A stretch of 63,390 nt of DNA, filler included, from Cercozoa sp. M6MM (lineage: Eukaryota; Protista; Endomyxa: Ascetosporea): the NCBI GenBank assembly GCA_040357565.1. It is 8 parts of 8 records of this genome, joined end to end, with 100 filler letters (N's around TTAATTAATTAA, not from the genome) between each part and the next. Parts side by side here need not be neighbours in the genome. Positions count along the whole stretch, not along the records: positions 33,592 to 50,047 come from JBDODJ010000284.1; positions 50,148 to 55,191 come from JBDODJ010000987.1; positions 55,292 to 61,204 come from JBDODJ010000829.1; positions 61,305 to 63,390 come from JBDODJ010001849.1; 4 more parts are not named here. One strand, given 5' to 3'. A program made the position numbers and the translations under genes. The notes under the pieces were generated by a model. It saw only the letters and a program-made list of their open reading frames with translations. It was not told the origin of the DNA and searched no databases. Every line of letters begins with the position of its first letter. The stretch's first letter is position 1. Positions 49,302 to 61,374 of the stretch are shown piece by piece.

Positions 49302-49988
49302 ACTGCTGGACTACTAGCGTGACTGAGCGCCGGGTCGCGGCGCGAGCCGAATAATCAGCTGATCAGTCAAGCGTGATAAATCTAATACTGTAAATAGAAC
49401 TTGTCTTGGTTTGCAAATGCGTCTGGTTTGGAATTGCGCCTCTGGTGGCTCAATACCCGACCGAGTCAGGAAGATCACCTTTCTTCTGTGCCTCGAGAAC
49501 ACCAAAGGGGTAATTTACGCTGATTACTCAAGATTTTAGTTGCTTTAAATGCACTGTGGACGGACAGAGAGCGTACTTAGTAGATTTACAGCCCTTTGGG
49601 CATGTTGAAATGCTCTAAGTTAGCACACACTCCGAGAAAACTATTTTTTGGTCCGTGGGCTTGAGTAATTTACGTGAGGTGAGTAATTTTGGAGCTATTT
49701 GAGTAATTTACGCAGCTGGGTCAGAATGCCAAACGAAAAATAGGAAAAATAAAGCCGGCTTTAAGCCCGGTTTTAGTGTTTTGGACAATCCATTGGCACC
49801 ATCTCGGCGTAGGGACCGTATACGTTAGCAGGTGAAGACCAAAGAAGCTCTCGCGAGACCTGAGCAAACCTGGTCTGTGGTCGACTCTTTCTTTGCATTA
49901 GAGCACTGAAGAATTCTGAGTGAAGGCTCGAACTTGACGGCAAAGCTCCACTGGCACGGCAGAGGCAGGCACCAGTAACGAACGCTCG

Positions 49989-49989
<1 letters not shown>

Positions 49990-50045
<56 letters not shown>
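49990..50045. repeat. (GT)n microsatellite at the contig end
   Basis: Directly visible. Confidence 0.95.
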
Positions 50046-50046
<1 letters not shown>

Positions 50047-50047
50047 T

Positions 50048-50147
50048 NNNNNNNNNNNNNNNNNNNNNNNNNNNNNNNNNNNNNNNNNNNNTTAATTAAT
50101 TAANNNNNNNNNNNNNNNNNNNNNNNNNNNNNNNNNNNNNNNNNNNN
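50048..50147. other. Artificial contig spacer
   Basis: N44-TTAATTAATTAA-N44. Confidence 0.99.
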
Positions 50148-50183
50148 GGGGGTAAGAAGGGGGTAAGAAGGGGGTAAACAGCA

Positions 50184-52848
50184 ACCTTGAGGAAGGAGAA
50201 GCCGATGAGATCGTCCAACGGATTGCCGAGACCCGTGATTCGCCTGTCCAATTAAGGGAGCGAAATTTATTAAAGCTGCGTCTTTCTCTCTTTTTGTTAA
50301 GGCTGCAGTGTGTGTGTGTGTGTTTGGTTAAGGGGCCAGTCCTACATGTTCTGCACGCCGCCTTGCGCCTTGATGAACTGACGCACCAGTTCCCACGGCG
50401 TCGTGCGCAACTGAGCCAACAACCGTCCCACGTGGTCATCCAGTCACCCACGTGGTCACCCAGTCACCCACGTGGGCATTCAGTCACCCACGTGGGCACC
50501 CAGTCACCTACGTGGTCAGAAAGAAAACATACCTGGTCCATCACGAAACGCGCCGCCTTGGCGAACGACGCACTCCTACGGGGGGGGGGGGGGCGTACAC
50601 GGGGGGTGGGGGAGAGGGTAAAGAGGGTGGAGGTAATAGGATAGGGGGGTAAGGAGGGCTAAAGGGCACCGGTGGCCAATGTAGGCGTGCATGCGCGAGC
50701 TGCGACCGAGGCGTTTCTTGTGACCCTCGTGCACATCGATCAGTCGGTTGAAGGCGCCCTCCAGTCTGCGCACACCCAGACACAGTGAGCACGTGGGCGA
50801 TCACTCACGTGCTGTCAGTGAGGCCGAGCCCACGTGGCCAGTGAGTCCTGTCCTACCTGGGCGACCAGTTGATGTCGTGAATGTTGAGTCGCGACAACAG
50901 AAACTCCGCGTGCTTGGCGCGGTCGCTCACGCAGCACTACAAGCGGTTTTACCCCCTCTTTACCCTTCCTTACCCCCCCTTACACCCTGTTTAAAGCACC
51001 TGCTCTGGCGTGACAAGATCGACCAATTGGCGTCTCTGCAAAAGCACACACATATAGAGTTTACCTCCTCCCTTTTATCCCCCTATACCTTGGCCGGAAT
51101 CAAGTCGACACGCAGTGCGTAGGCATCTGCGGCGGCGAGACCTGCGGTATGAACCACACATTTAGCCCCCTTTACCTCCCCTTTACCCCTCCCCCCGGGC
51201 GGTGTCAGCGTACCACGACGGGAGCCGTCGGAAGCGAGATTTGTGCCGCGTCGGATCGGTCGCGCTCCCAAAGCTTCGAACTGCTCGCTCTGCCAATTCG
51301 ACGCACATCACATCGCAACTCACGTGGCAACTCAACTCAACTCATATCGCAACTCAACTCAACTCACATCGCAACTCAACTCACATCGCAACTCAACTCA
51401 CATCTCAACTTAGGTTGAGTGAGCTCACATCACAGCTCTCACTTGCAAAGGCAACCATAAAGCAGGACTCACAATGATGCGCGCATCTGCTTCCGGGAAC
51501 ATGTCGGCAATTTGTTGCTACAGTACATCAATGTCTTGCTTTGCTTATCTTTGCTTCAACTCGAACTTCGCTTAGCTTTTGCTCAGCTTCGCAGCACAAC
51601 TTGAATTCGGTACCACCGTGACACGCTGTTCCTGCGACGTTTCGCCACCGAAGCGCGCGTGCTGCTGCTGCTTCTGCTCGTACTGCTTCTCGAACTGCTT
51701 CAGCATCGCTACTCGACCAAGAAGCACAAGGCATGAGTTCACTTTCCAATTCGTTTCACTTTTTCAGGAGTAAAAAGAAAACAAAGCCGACTCACCGTGC
51801 CGAATGCGGGCGCGGAAGAATTTGGAAGCGGAGCGACCCTGAAAAAACACACACATCTCGCGAAAAAGAAAATGCTTCTTAAGCTCAAAGCTTCCGCAAA
51901 ACTATCGCGAAAGCTCTTGAGAAAAGCCAAACGCACCTTTGGATTCGGCAGAGCCATGAGCGGCTGCTGTTGACCCACCGTAACAATGCGCGGCATTTCT
52001 ACCATCCATATCAACACAACGATGAGCTCGATCAAAGAGCAGTCGAAAGACACACCTCGAACAATGGCACGCGTCGACATCTTCTTGCCCTTCTCCTGGC
52101 CTAGGAAGGGATGCCATGACGGCGGTGTCACTGTTACCAAGAAGTCCGTCTCCTCGTTGAGCGAGATGTGCTCCTGCACCGGCGCGATGCACATGTTGTT
52201 CACCTGCGTGCAGACACACCCCAACCCGTCATATCCAGTCAGCTCGTTCACGTCAGTTAGTCAAACGTACCAGAGCAGCAACGGTTTCGCCGGACCGAAT
52301 GTCACCGATCTAAACACAAAGCAGACACTTAAAATAAATTGTCAAAATTAAATTCGCGGTCAAATACAAGTTAACTCCGCGCGGATGACAAACAAGGTTG
52401 TTTGCAATTTTTTTACAGCAAATAAACCTTAAAAGGCGAGGAATCGCCTTCCTCGAGCGTTCGAAGGTTTTCGGAGGACTTTCTGTCGACGGAAATCTGT
52501 TTTTGGTGCTTGTTTTCGGAATTGTCGCTGTTTTTCTCGTCGATTTCGCCGTCGCTCATTTTTCGAGATTCGTCGAGCTGATCGGAGTCGGAAACGGAGA
52601 CTTCCTGGACAGTGGGACTGCTGTCGCCTTCTTCGTCCTGCTCGATCTCGAAACGACGCGATTGTCCGCGCGGATGCCGGCGAAAGTAGAGCAGGTGCGA
52701 CGCCATGCCCGGTCTGTGTTCCAATAGGTTGGTTATTTTAGAGATGTAAAAATATGTGTATGGGTAGGGAGAGTACTTGGACACGAAGAGCGGGTACTCC
52801 TCCATGTACTCGGCAATCAACAACTCGCCTGTCCATCACATACACACA

Positions 52849-52902
<54 letters not shown>

Positions 52903-52912
52903 NNNNNNNNNN

Positions 52913-52961
<49 letters not shown>

Positions 52962-55075
52962 TATTGTACATACTATATCTGTATATTGTTATACACACAG
53001 CACAGACACTGACTAGCCAGGGTACCCGCAGTAGCCGAGAGTTCCAACATGTCGGAAGGTCGCGGGTTGTCCTGTTAAGGTAGACAGGGGGTCAGGTGGG
53101 TAGGTGAAGGTAAGGCAAGGTGAGGGTAAGGAGGTAAAGGGGGCAAGAATGCAACGAATACGCGGTTGAGGTGATCGCGTAGTTTCTTCTGCGCCGACGA
53201 AATCTTTGAAAGTGCCGGGTTGTAGGCTGCGCACACAAAGGTCATCTTAATGCTCCCAAAACAAAGTCAAGTGTATACCTTGCGGCACGAAGTACATGCC
53301 GTTCTCTCTCTTGCCTAGAATATAAGGGGATCATAGGGAGTGGGATGGGGTGGGGTAAACCTACCTCCCTCATTGGACACTTGCCAGTAATCGTTGTGTC
53401 GCAGTGGCTGCACAGGGGGTAAAGGGGAGTAAATGGGGTAAAGAGGGAAAACACACCAGCCGGTAGGCAGAGATCTCCTCCAACTCAAACTCGGTCTTTG
53501 GCCTGCCAAGGGTGGGTAAAGGTAAAGGGTGTGTGGGGCGGGGGGGGGGGGTAAACTACCGATCAATGTAGGGCATATCGCTGTCGTGAATGTAGGTCGG
53601 GAAGATCTGTTCATCAATGGAATAGAGGAGGTTGGGGGAGGGGTAAAACATATCTACCTCGTCCGGTAGCTCCTCAATTCCCTACGAGGTATTAGCTATG
53701 GGGGGGGGTAAGCATTGGGGAGGGGGTAAAGAGGAGCAAAGGTACGAAGAAGTGCTCGAGCGACGCCTGCTGTCGTCGACGCAACTCGACGTAGTCGCCG
53801 ACTAGACACACACACGAGGGTAAAAATAGACTGGCTATTCTACACACTGGTACAAATGGACCTGGGTATTTGTACCATCGCCAAAATTCAGCGGGTCGCG
53901 TGTCTTGTCGTCTGTCTTGTCTGTGGCCAGCGCGGAGGGAGTAAAGGGGTAAGCGGGGGGGGGGGGGTAAACAGGGGGTAAAGCTCACTCAGCGTGTGCA
54001 CACGCGTGAGTCGTCGACGCGCAGCGATCACCTCGGCCAATCGTCGGTCCTGTTAGTCCATCGGGGTCCATTTGTACCGTCCCCCGTCCATCTGGACCAC
54101 AGTAGTTGTTGTTTTTACCTCGGCCATCACGGTGGCAACGTCCAGTTTCTTTACTCTCTCCTCGCTGCACGGGGGAGGGGGCAAAGGGTAATGAGGGTAA
54201 AGAGGGTGTAGACAGGGGGGGTAAACAGGGGACAGGAGGTAAAAAGGGGGTAAACAGGGCATAAAGGGGTGGGGGAGGGGTTAATAGAGGTGGGGGCAAA
54301 TAGGGGCGGGGTAAAGAAGGGGTTAAGCAGGAGAGTACGCAGCGTCAAAGATGGGCTCGCCGCCGATGTGTCGCATGAGTCGTACTGCACTCCGCAGCGT
54401 CGCACTGCCGCTTTCCAGGGGTCGCCTGGCTACGGCCTGTCCGGACACACACATCGGTCCATATGGACAGGACACTGGTACACACAGTTGCACGCACTGT
54501 ACCTTGAGCCAGGCACCCGACGACAACGCGTAGTTCTCGGCCTCCTCCTCGCTGGCCTCCTCCTCTTCCTCGTACTGCTCGGGGGGGGGGAAGGGGGTAA
54601 ACAGGGGGGGGTAAACACCGGGGTAAACAGGGGGGTAAACGGGGCGGGGTTAAAGGGGGTAGGGGGGTAAAACCTCCGAGGGCAGGTCGTCGTCGTCGTC
54701 GTCCTTGCCGTCGCCGCCGCCGCTTTTGTTGTTTTTTTCCGCGCTTTCGTCGCGCGCGAATCGGCCGAAGCGAGCGCCGCTGTTGGTCGGCGTCGCCACG
54801 TGGATCGTCAGTGGCGCCGCTCTCCGCGCGGACACGCGCCCTCCGCGCGGATGCCGCCGACTCAGCGAGAGCTGTGCCTCCGCGCTGAGCGACACTTCTG
54901 CCGCCGCGTTTCGCGCGCGTTTCAGAGCGCCCGTTCGGTCCACCTAGAGAACACACTTCTTGGTTTTCTTAAGGCTGCGGCAACTCTGCCTGGCTACACT
55001 GGCTATGGGTGTCTATTTGGACCAGACAAAAATACCACTTCTACCGGCCGTTTCTGACCCTCTTCCTCTTCGGCT
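50184..55075 (-). CDS. TAF1: TFIID subunit 1 (TAF1), central DUF3591 region, many micro-exons, partial at both ends
   Basis: IFPTYIHDSDMPYIDRP, LIAEYMEEYPLFVSK|PGMAS, SPF..GDIRSGE, NNMCIAPV...ETDFLV, TVGQQQP, QLRTTPWE and ITGLGNPLDDLIGFSFLK are colinear with TAF1. Confidence 0.88.
50428..50516. repeat. Intronic 20-bp minisatellite (CACGTGGTCACCCAGTCACC)x~5
   Basis: Visible. Each unit contains the palindrome CACGTG or a close variant. Confidence 0.85.
51305..51410. repeat. Intronic minisatellite (CAACTCAACTCACATCG)n
   Basis: Visible tandem copies. Confidence 0.85.
52840..52958. repeat. (CA)n microsatellite with a 10-N scaffold gap, inside a TAF1 intron
   Basis: Directly visible. Confidence 0.95.
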
Positions 55076-55191
55076 AGACAGGGGGGTAAACGGGGGGGGG
55101 GGTAAACAGGGGGTAAACGCAGGGGGGTAAACAGGGGGTAAACGCAGGGGGGTAAACAGGGGGGTAAACAGAAAGGTCAACGGGGGGGGGG

Positions 55192-55291
55192 NNNNNNNNN
55201 NNNNNNNNNNNNNNNNNNNNNNNNNNNNNNNNNNNTTAATTAATTAANNNNNNNNNNNNNNNNNNNNNNNNNNNNNNNNNNNNNNNNNNNN
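55192..55291. other. Artificial contig spacer
   Basis: N44-TTAATTAATTAA-N44. Confidence 0.99.
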
Positions 55292-55340
55292 ATATATATA
55301 TATATATATATTATATTGTACCGGATGATGTTCAAATCAG

Positions 55341-55843
55341 CACGTCGTTGCTCGCACTGGCTGCGCACAAGGCACGCAAGCCTGTCATCGTGGTAGCTGT
55401 GCTGTCTCTTCTTGTTGTTGGGAACGCTTTTGGATTTTGCACAGCTAAGCGAGGCACTCAAGTTCTCGCAGCACGTTCAGACTGACGCTTTCACCTTCAA
55501 TGAGATGGGTAACCCACCTTCCTCTCGAAACAGACACGGATGGTTGCTGGTTTTTTTCTAACTACCCGTGTTTCGTACAGCGCCAGCTGACGATGTCGTT
55601 CGCGACTCTTCCGAAGTTGGCAAGGCGGTACTACGCACACTGTGTTCTGTAAACGAAACTGGTTCAGTCAGCGTGCTTTGCCTTGCTGTGCAGTGGCGGG
55701 AATCCGACTCCCTCATGCTGACAAACCCGTTGCACGACGTCGTTCCTCCACACCACGTCAGCATGATTCTGAGCGACATTGGCCGCATCGCACCGACCTC
55801 TGTGGCACAACTCGTCGGCGAACTGCACGGCGACGTCGTCTAG
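55341..55843 (+). CDS. EIF2B4: Translation initiation factor eIF2B delta subunit, 3' part
   Basis: TSLLALAAHKARKPVIV|LSEALKFSQHVQTDAFTFNEM...LMLTNPLHDVVPPHHVSMILSDIGRIAPTSV. Confidence 0.88.
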
Positions 55844-56206
55844 TTAGTTCGCGCAGCACTACCCGTAGCCAAGAGTTAGTTTTTAACCGAACGGAACGAT
55901 TAGCTAAGGCACGTCACAGTGCAGCAAAGAATCGAACAAAGTCTCGACCGGACTTAAACGAGTAGTTAGTCCAGTCTTCTAAGAACTTTGAAGCTAAACG
56001 AGTACTGACTGTATCGTATATGCATTATTCGATTTTCTCAGTTTGATCGCGTTTAATAATTAATTTAAAGGCACTCACAGCTCTAGTTTGTGCATACTCC
56101 ACGATCGGGACAGAGTGCTCGGGGAGACTGGAAGACGCAAAGAGACGACATGGGAGACTTTCACCCGACGGAGATCCCCGAGCGCGCCATTGACGTATTG
56201 TGTCGT

Positions 56207-58220
56207 TTAAGGCAGCGCTTGTAGCGAGATCTCGCCGGCGTGGTCCGATGTGGACGAGTTGTGCGAGCTGTGCCGCTCCGTGGACGAGTCGCGGCTGGTC
56301 TGACTATGGTGCGAGGCACCAGCCGTGCCAGTACCCGTCGAGCTGCCGGCTGTACTGCCGACCGTGTTGCCCGTGCGACGCGAGCTCGCCGTTGGGTCCC
56401 TGTGTCAATACCATTCAGTACATGCTACAAGTACCCCCTCCCGCGTCCAGAAAGCTAGAGTACGTGCTGCTGCCGTCGCGATCGCTACGGCGCTGCGTCC
56501 ACACGTCGGACGAACCACTCCGAATGGCCAGCAGCTACACACACACACTCACCAGTTCAGCTATAGGTGAGGCGTATATTTAATAGAGATAGGCGCTACC
56601 TTGGGCAGGAACATAACCACCATCGTGCTCAAGATAGCTGCCACGGCACCAAAGGCCGTGATGCCAAACTGCGCGTTCAGTTTCTGCTCGTCGACGGCGT
56701 ACTTGGCAAACACCATGACCGGGAACACCGTGCAGCACACATAGACCGAGAAGCCAATCATGCGACTGCCCAACACATACACACATTATATATATAAAAC
56801 AAATATAAAAACAGATACATACCTATCGTTGAGTGCCGGGATCTCAATGTCGCGCGTCTGGTAGGCCAGCACAGCGCCCACAAAGAGCACGATGGCCTGG
56901 TACGTCAGCAGGATGATGGCGTACACGTTCGAGTGGTCGTTCGAGCCGGCGCACTCGCCCACCACAGTGCGGTGCAGAATGTCCGCGTTGTTCGGGTCGA
57001 CCTTCTCGTGCAGCACCACGTGGCGGTACTCAAGCGGCGCGTCGCTCTGCCACAGCGCCAAGATGATCACGTCCACGAGCACGCCCGCTCCGATCAGTGC
57101 CAGCACGCCTGCTCACACAGACACAGGGAGACGCATATCCTTTGTCCGCTCCCATTAGTCACTGAGACACAAAAGGCAGGTGTACTGGTCAGTGTGAACG
57201 TCGTCTTCTCGAGCATCTCGGCCGAGCGGAAGATGCGCCAGACGCGCGCCAGCTTGGCAAACAGCGACGCGAACAGCGCCGTGAAGGCCACGGCGCTGAG
57301 CCAGACACGCGCCATGCAGATGTCGTTGGTCGTGCCGATCGACGCCGTGTTCTCGTCGACGCCCCAGGTCGGCAGGATCAGCAGTGCCACTATGCCCGAC
57401 GCAATGGCCAGGTTGTTGATCTTGGGCGACGACATGCGAATGATGCGTCGCTCGCGGTAACGGTGGTTAAAGTACAGCAGCAGACCGCCCACTGCCGACA
57501 CAGTCAGTGAGGTAGGGAGGTGGGGGGGGGGAAGAGGGGAGGGGCTAGGTGCAATGCTGCAATGGGGAAGGGGAACTGGAAAGACAACTGTGTACCGGCA
57601 GCACTGGCCACCGAGACGAAGCACACGATGCCGAACAGTGCCGGCGAGATGGTCTCCACGATGGTCACCACCTTGGGCGAGGCACGCGGCGCCATGATGC
57701 CGTTCTCGGCCTCGACAAAGTCGCCGGCGTCATGGCCCGGCATCCACGTCAGTGTCGTCGTGTCCACAAGCCACGAGAGCTCCCACTCCGACGTTGTAGC
57801 CACGTCCTTCCACAGGTACGTGCCGTCCGCCAGCTGCACCAGGTTTTGCAGACCAAAGCCGCCGCCGCGCACGCGATCGCCGCCGGCGTCCAACTCGACC
57901 ACACCCGTGGTTCCGTTCGTGAGCGTGACCTGCGGAATGAACTGCGTCAGCAGCTTGCGCTCCGCCGTGATCACCGCCGTCGCGTCGCCGCCATTGGCCG
58001 CGTCCACTGCGTCGCGCAGCATCTGACACTCCATGCGCGTCGCCGGAAACGCCGCGTCGTTCTCGCGACACTTGCGCTTCACACGTGCCAGTCTGCACAC
58101 ACACACATACACAGGTAGATATATCAACTTTATATACAAGGGTGCGGGGTAGACTGACAAGGCACCTGTCAAGAGCGGCCACCATCGCATGCGTCGCATC
58201 GGCCGCCAGGAACACCGTGA

Positions 58221-58271
<51 letters not shown>

Positions 58272-58972
58272 CTTACACTTACACTTACACAAATATAGAC
58301 AGAAAGATCCAGTACTCGCAGTCACTCTCGACGCCAGTCTTGCCGTCGGCGGCCGCGCAGTAGCGGTGCGCAAAGTCGGCGCGACGCGGACTCTGCGTGG
58401 CCGGCGCCGCCACCGGACGCGCCGAGTACACGCCTGTCAGATCAACGCCTTCGCTCATCCTGCTCGCACAGGTGAGTCCATCACCACAACCCCCCCCCAA
58501 TGTGAGACAGGTAATACAGCTGGGCCACAACGTCGGACTCCATCGTGATGACGTCGGCGCCAAACACCGAGTAGGGCGCGCCCCACATCTTCTGCCGGTG
58601 CATGGCGCGCGCAAAGTCGAGGAACTCGGGCTCCCAGCCAATGAACCTGTATGTGAGTATGTATCAAGGTAGGGAGGTACACACGCACATAGAGGTGGTG
58701 CCCGAACGTACAGAATCACCAGCGAGCCCACAGTGTCGCGAATCTCCGACACGATGGCGTCCCAGCCGGTACTCGTGATGGCCGTGTCGTACGTGTTCTC
58801 GCCATTGATGACGATCTTGCCATTCGCCTCGCGCACCACGTCCTTGAACATCGAGTAGCTGTACAGACAAACACACACATTCAAGGCTCATCTTAATCTA
58901 CATTGCCTAGAGCGTCAGTTTACATGTTGCTCGAGTACGACTCCGTGTCGCGAACGATGTGCACTGCATCCA

Positions 58973-59003
<31 letters not shown>

Positions 59004-59705
59004 CACACACACACATATATATTACATACATGCATAGGTTTACAGACAAAGGTACCAGTGGTCCAGTTAAAGGCGCGAATGGTCGACACCAGTGCCATGC
59101 TCATCCAGTAGTTCGAGCCAACCACTCGTCGGAAGGTCGGAAACGCCTCCTGGTTCGACAGCGACGTCGACGTCGCCGTCGGACTGATCATCGGCGTCGA
59201 GTACGAGCGCACTGTCGATATACCAATGTACTCTCTAGCAGACATGGAACTCGAGAGAAGCAGGAGTACACAGCGCGGCGGCTCGTTCGCACAGCGAGCT
59301 CCACATCGAGCCGACGACGCCGTGCACCTGCGTCGGCGTCAGGTCCTGACCGCTGTCGATGCCGCTCACGGCCAGTGCGTCGAACGTGATGCCGTCTCCC
59401 TGAGCAATCACAAGGTCGGCACGAGGTAAATACACACTGTACCTTTTATACAACAAAAGGTGCAGTGTACCGACGTGGTGCGGTAGGGCACGCTGTGGAT
59501 CGAGAAGCCTTCCGACACCACCAGGGCACGGTCCGGGTTCTGCACATCCTCTGCGTCCAGGTCCGGGTCGCCACACGAGCTCCACGACGCCAGCACCCGG
59601 CCGTCCAGCGTGTCTCGGATCAAGCCTTCCACAGCGACTTCAAAGTCCGCCTTGCGCGGAAAATCCTTGTCCACGGGCACAAAGATAGCGAGCTCAAAGC
59701 TCGGA

Positions 59706-59761
<56 letters not shown>

Positions 59762-61160
59762 GCAATATTCAGACGATGAAACAACTCCACTCAACTGACA
59801 ACTCTCACTTGATGTCAGGTGCGAAAATTACCGAGTCCTTAGGGACCACGCCCGGAGCGTGTCCGGTCGGGAACGTGATGTTGGAGGCATTCGTGAACCA
59901 CAGGACGCCCTGTGTAAATTCAAAAACCACCAGCGGAAATACTTTAGAATGAACAGAACAGAATGATAAAGGCTCACCTCAGACGTGACCTGGCCGATCT
60001 CGACTGAGAAGCTGCCGTTCTTGACGTTGAGCACGCCCCAGCTACCGACTCGGTCGCCCGTATCGCTCGACAGCGTGATGTTGCCAGTTACGCCCTCGAA
60101 ATCGATCGTGTCGCCGCGAATCAACGCGAGCAGCGCCGCTCGCTCGCCTTTAATGGTGTTGGACTTGACGTCGGTACAGAGCGCAGCGTATTTGGCACTC
60201 AACTGCGCCTGCTGTGCGCCACCGTCGCACTTCGCGTCCAGATCGATCAACGTGGTCATCGCATTGGTCAGCACAGCCACCGAGTCGCGAGCCAGCAACG
60301 CCCAGATGTCACATGCCAACGGATCGCTTGCATAGTGCGCCTGGCAAAAGTTATCGCGCAGCGTGCTTGCCGGAGCCGTCGGCGAGAGGGCAAATAGTCC
60401 GTCCACCTATCAATAATTGAGACACTTGTCACAAACCACAAGTGTCAGCTTGGAAAGTTTACCTGACGTCTCAGTTCCTCGTCCGACGGAATCGGGAGGC
60501 CTTTCTGGCTTAAAGTGGACTTGTGTCTCGACACGTACACGTCCACCGTCGCTTGTCTGTTCAAACACGTACACGTCCACTGACACAACATAAGAACAAA
60601 GTAGCACATGAGTGCAACATACACAGCTGCCGCATCGTCCAGAATGTACAGGTACGGAGCTTCGTACATGCCCTACAAAGACTCAGGTGTCCACAGGTCA
60701 GTGCTCAGGGATAAAGCGCGAGTTTACGTAGTCCTTCGCGACCTCTAGCACTGCGCCGGACCAGACCTCATAGCCGAACATGACAACTACAAAGACGTCA
60801 GTTCGCTTGATCGTGTCCTACGGAAGGCAAGAACAAATCTAGGTTGGTTTTGGAGAGGGTTCGGGCGAAACGAGGCTCAGGCTGCAAGATTTACCAAAGC
60901 AGCACGGATGTTGTCTCGCTCCGTCTGGGTGACAACAGAGTCACTCGCCACATTTGGCACGGTGAGCGTGTGCTTCACCGAGATCGAGTTGGTCGACGCG
61001 AGTGTCGCAAAAGCTTCGGCCAAGCCAGCCGAGTATGAGTTTCCTTCTTCAACCAGTACGATGCAGTTGTGCCACTGGATGTCTCCGTTGGTCATGAAGG
61101 TGACCAGCGCGTCCACCTGTGCCGAATTTGTTCCGACGACGCGGTTGAATGTGTGGTACT
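56207..61160 (-). CDS. GABA-B-like class C GPCR with at least two tandem Venus-flytrap (ANF_receptor) modules; 5' end truncated
   Basis: 7TM motifs IIRMSSPKINN, ICMARVWL, LFAKLARVWRIF, IPALNDSRMIG and FLPK. The VFT hallmarks occur twice: YHTFNRVVG...FEGVTGNITL..TGDR and PMISPTATSTSLSNQEAFPTFRRVVG...GTTGVVELDAGGDR. Confidence 0.9.
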
Positions 61161-61204
61161 GCCATGCAAAACAATCTCGTACTGATACGAATTGAAAGCA
61201 CGGG

Positions 61205-61304
61205 NNNNNNNNNNNNNNNNNNNNNNNNNNNNNNNNNNNNNNNNNNNNTTAATTAATTAANNNNNNNNNNNNNNNNNNNNNNNNNNNNNNNNNNNNNNNN
61301 NNNN
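61205..61304. other. Artificial contig spacer
   Basis: N44-TTAATTAATTAA-N44. Confidence 0.99.
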
Positions 61305-61374
61305 TTTACCCCCCATACCCCCCATCTTACCCCCCCACATGCCCCCATCATACCCCCCCGAAAGAAGAAAGCTA

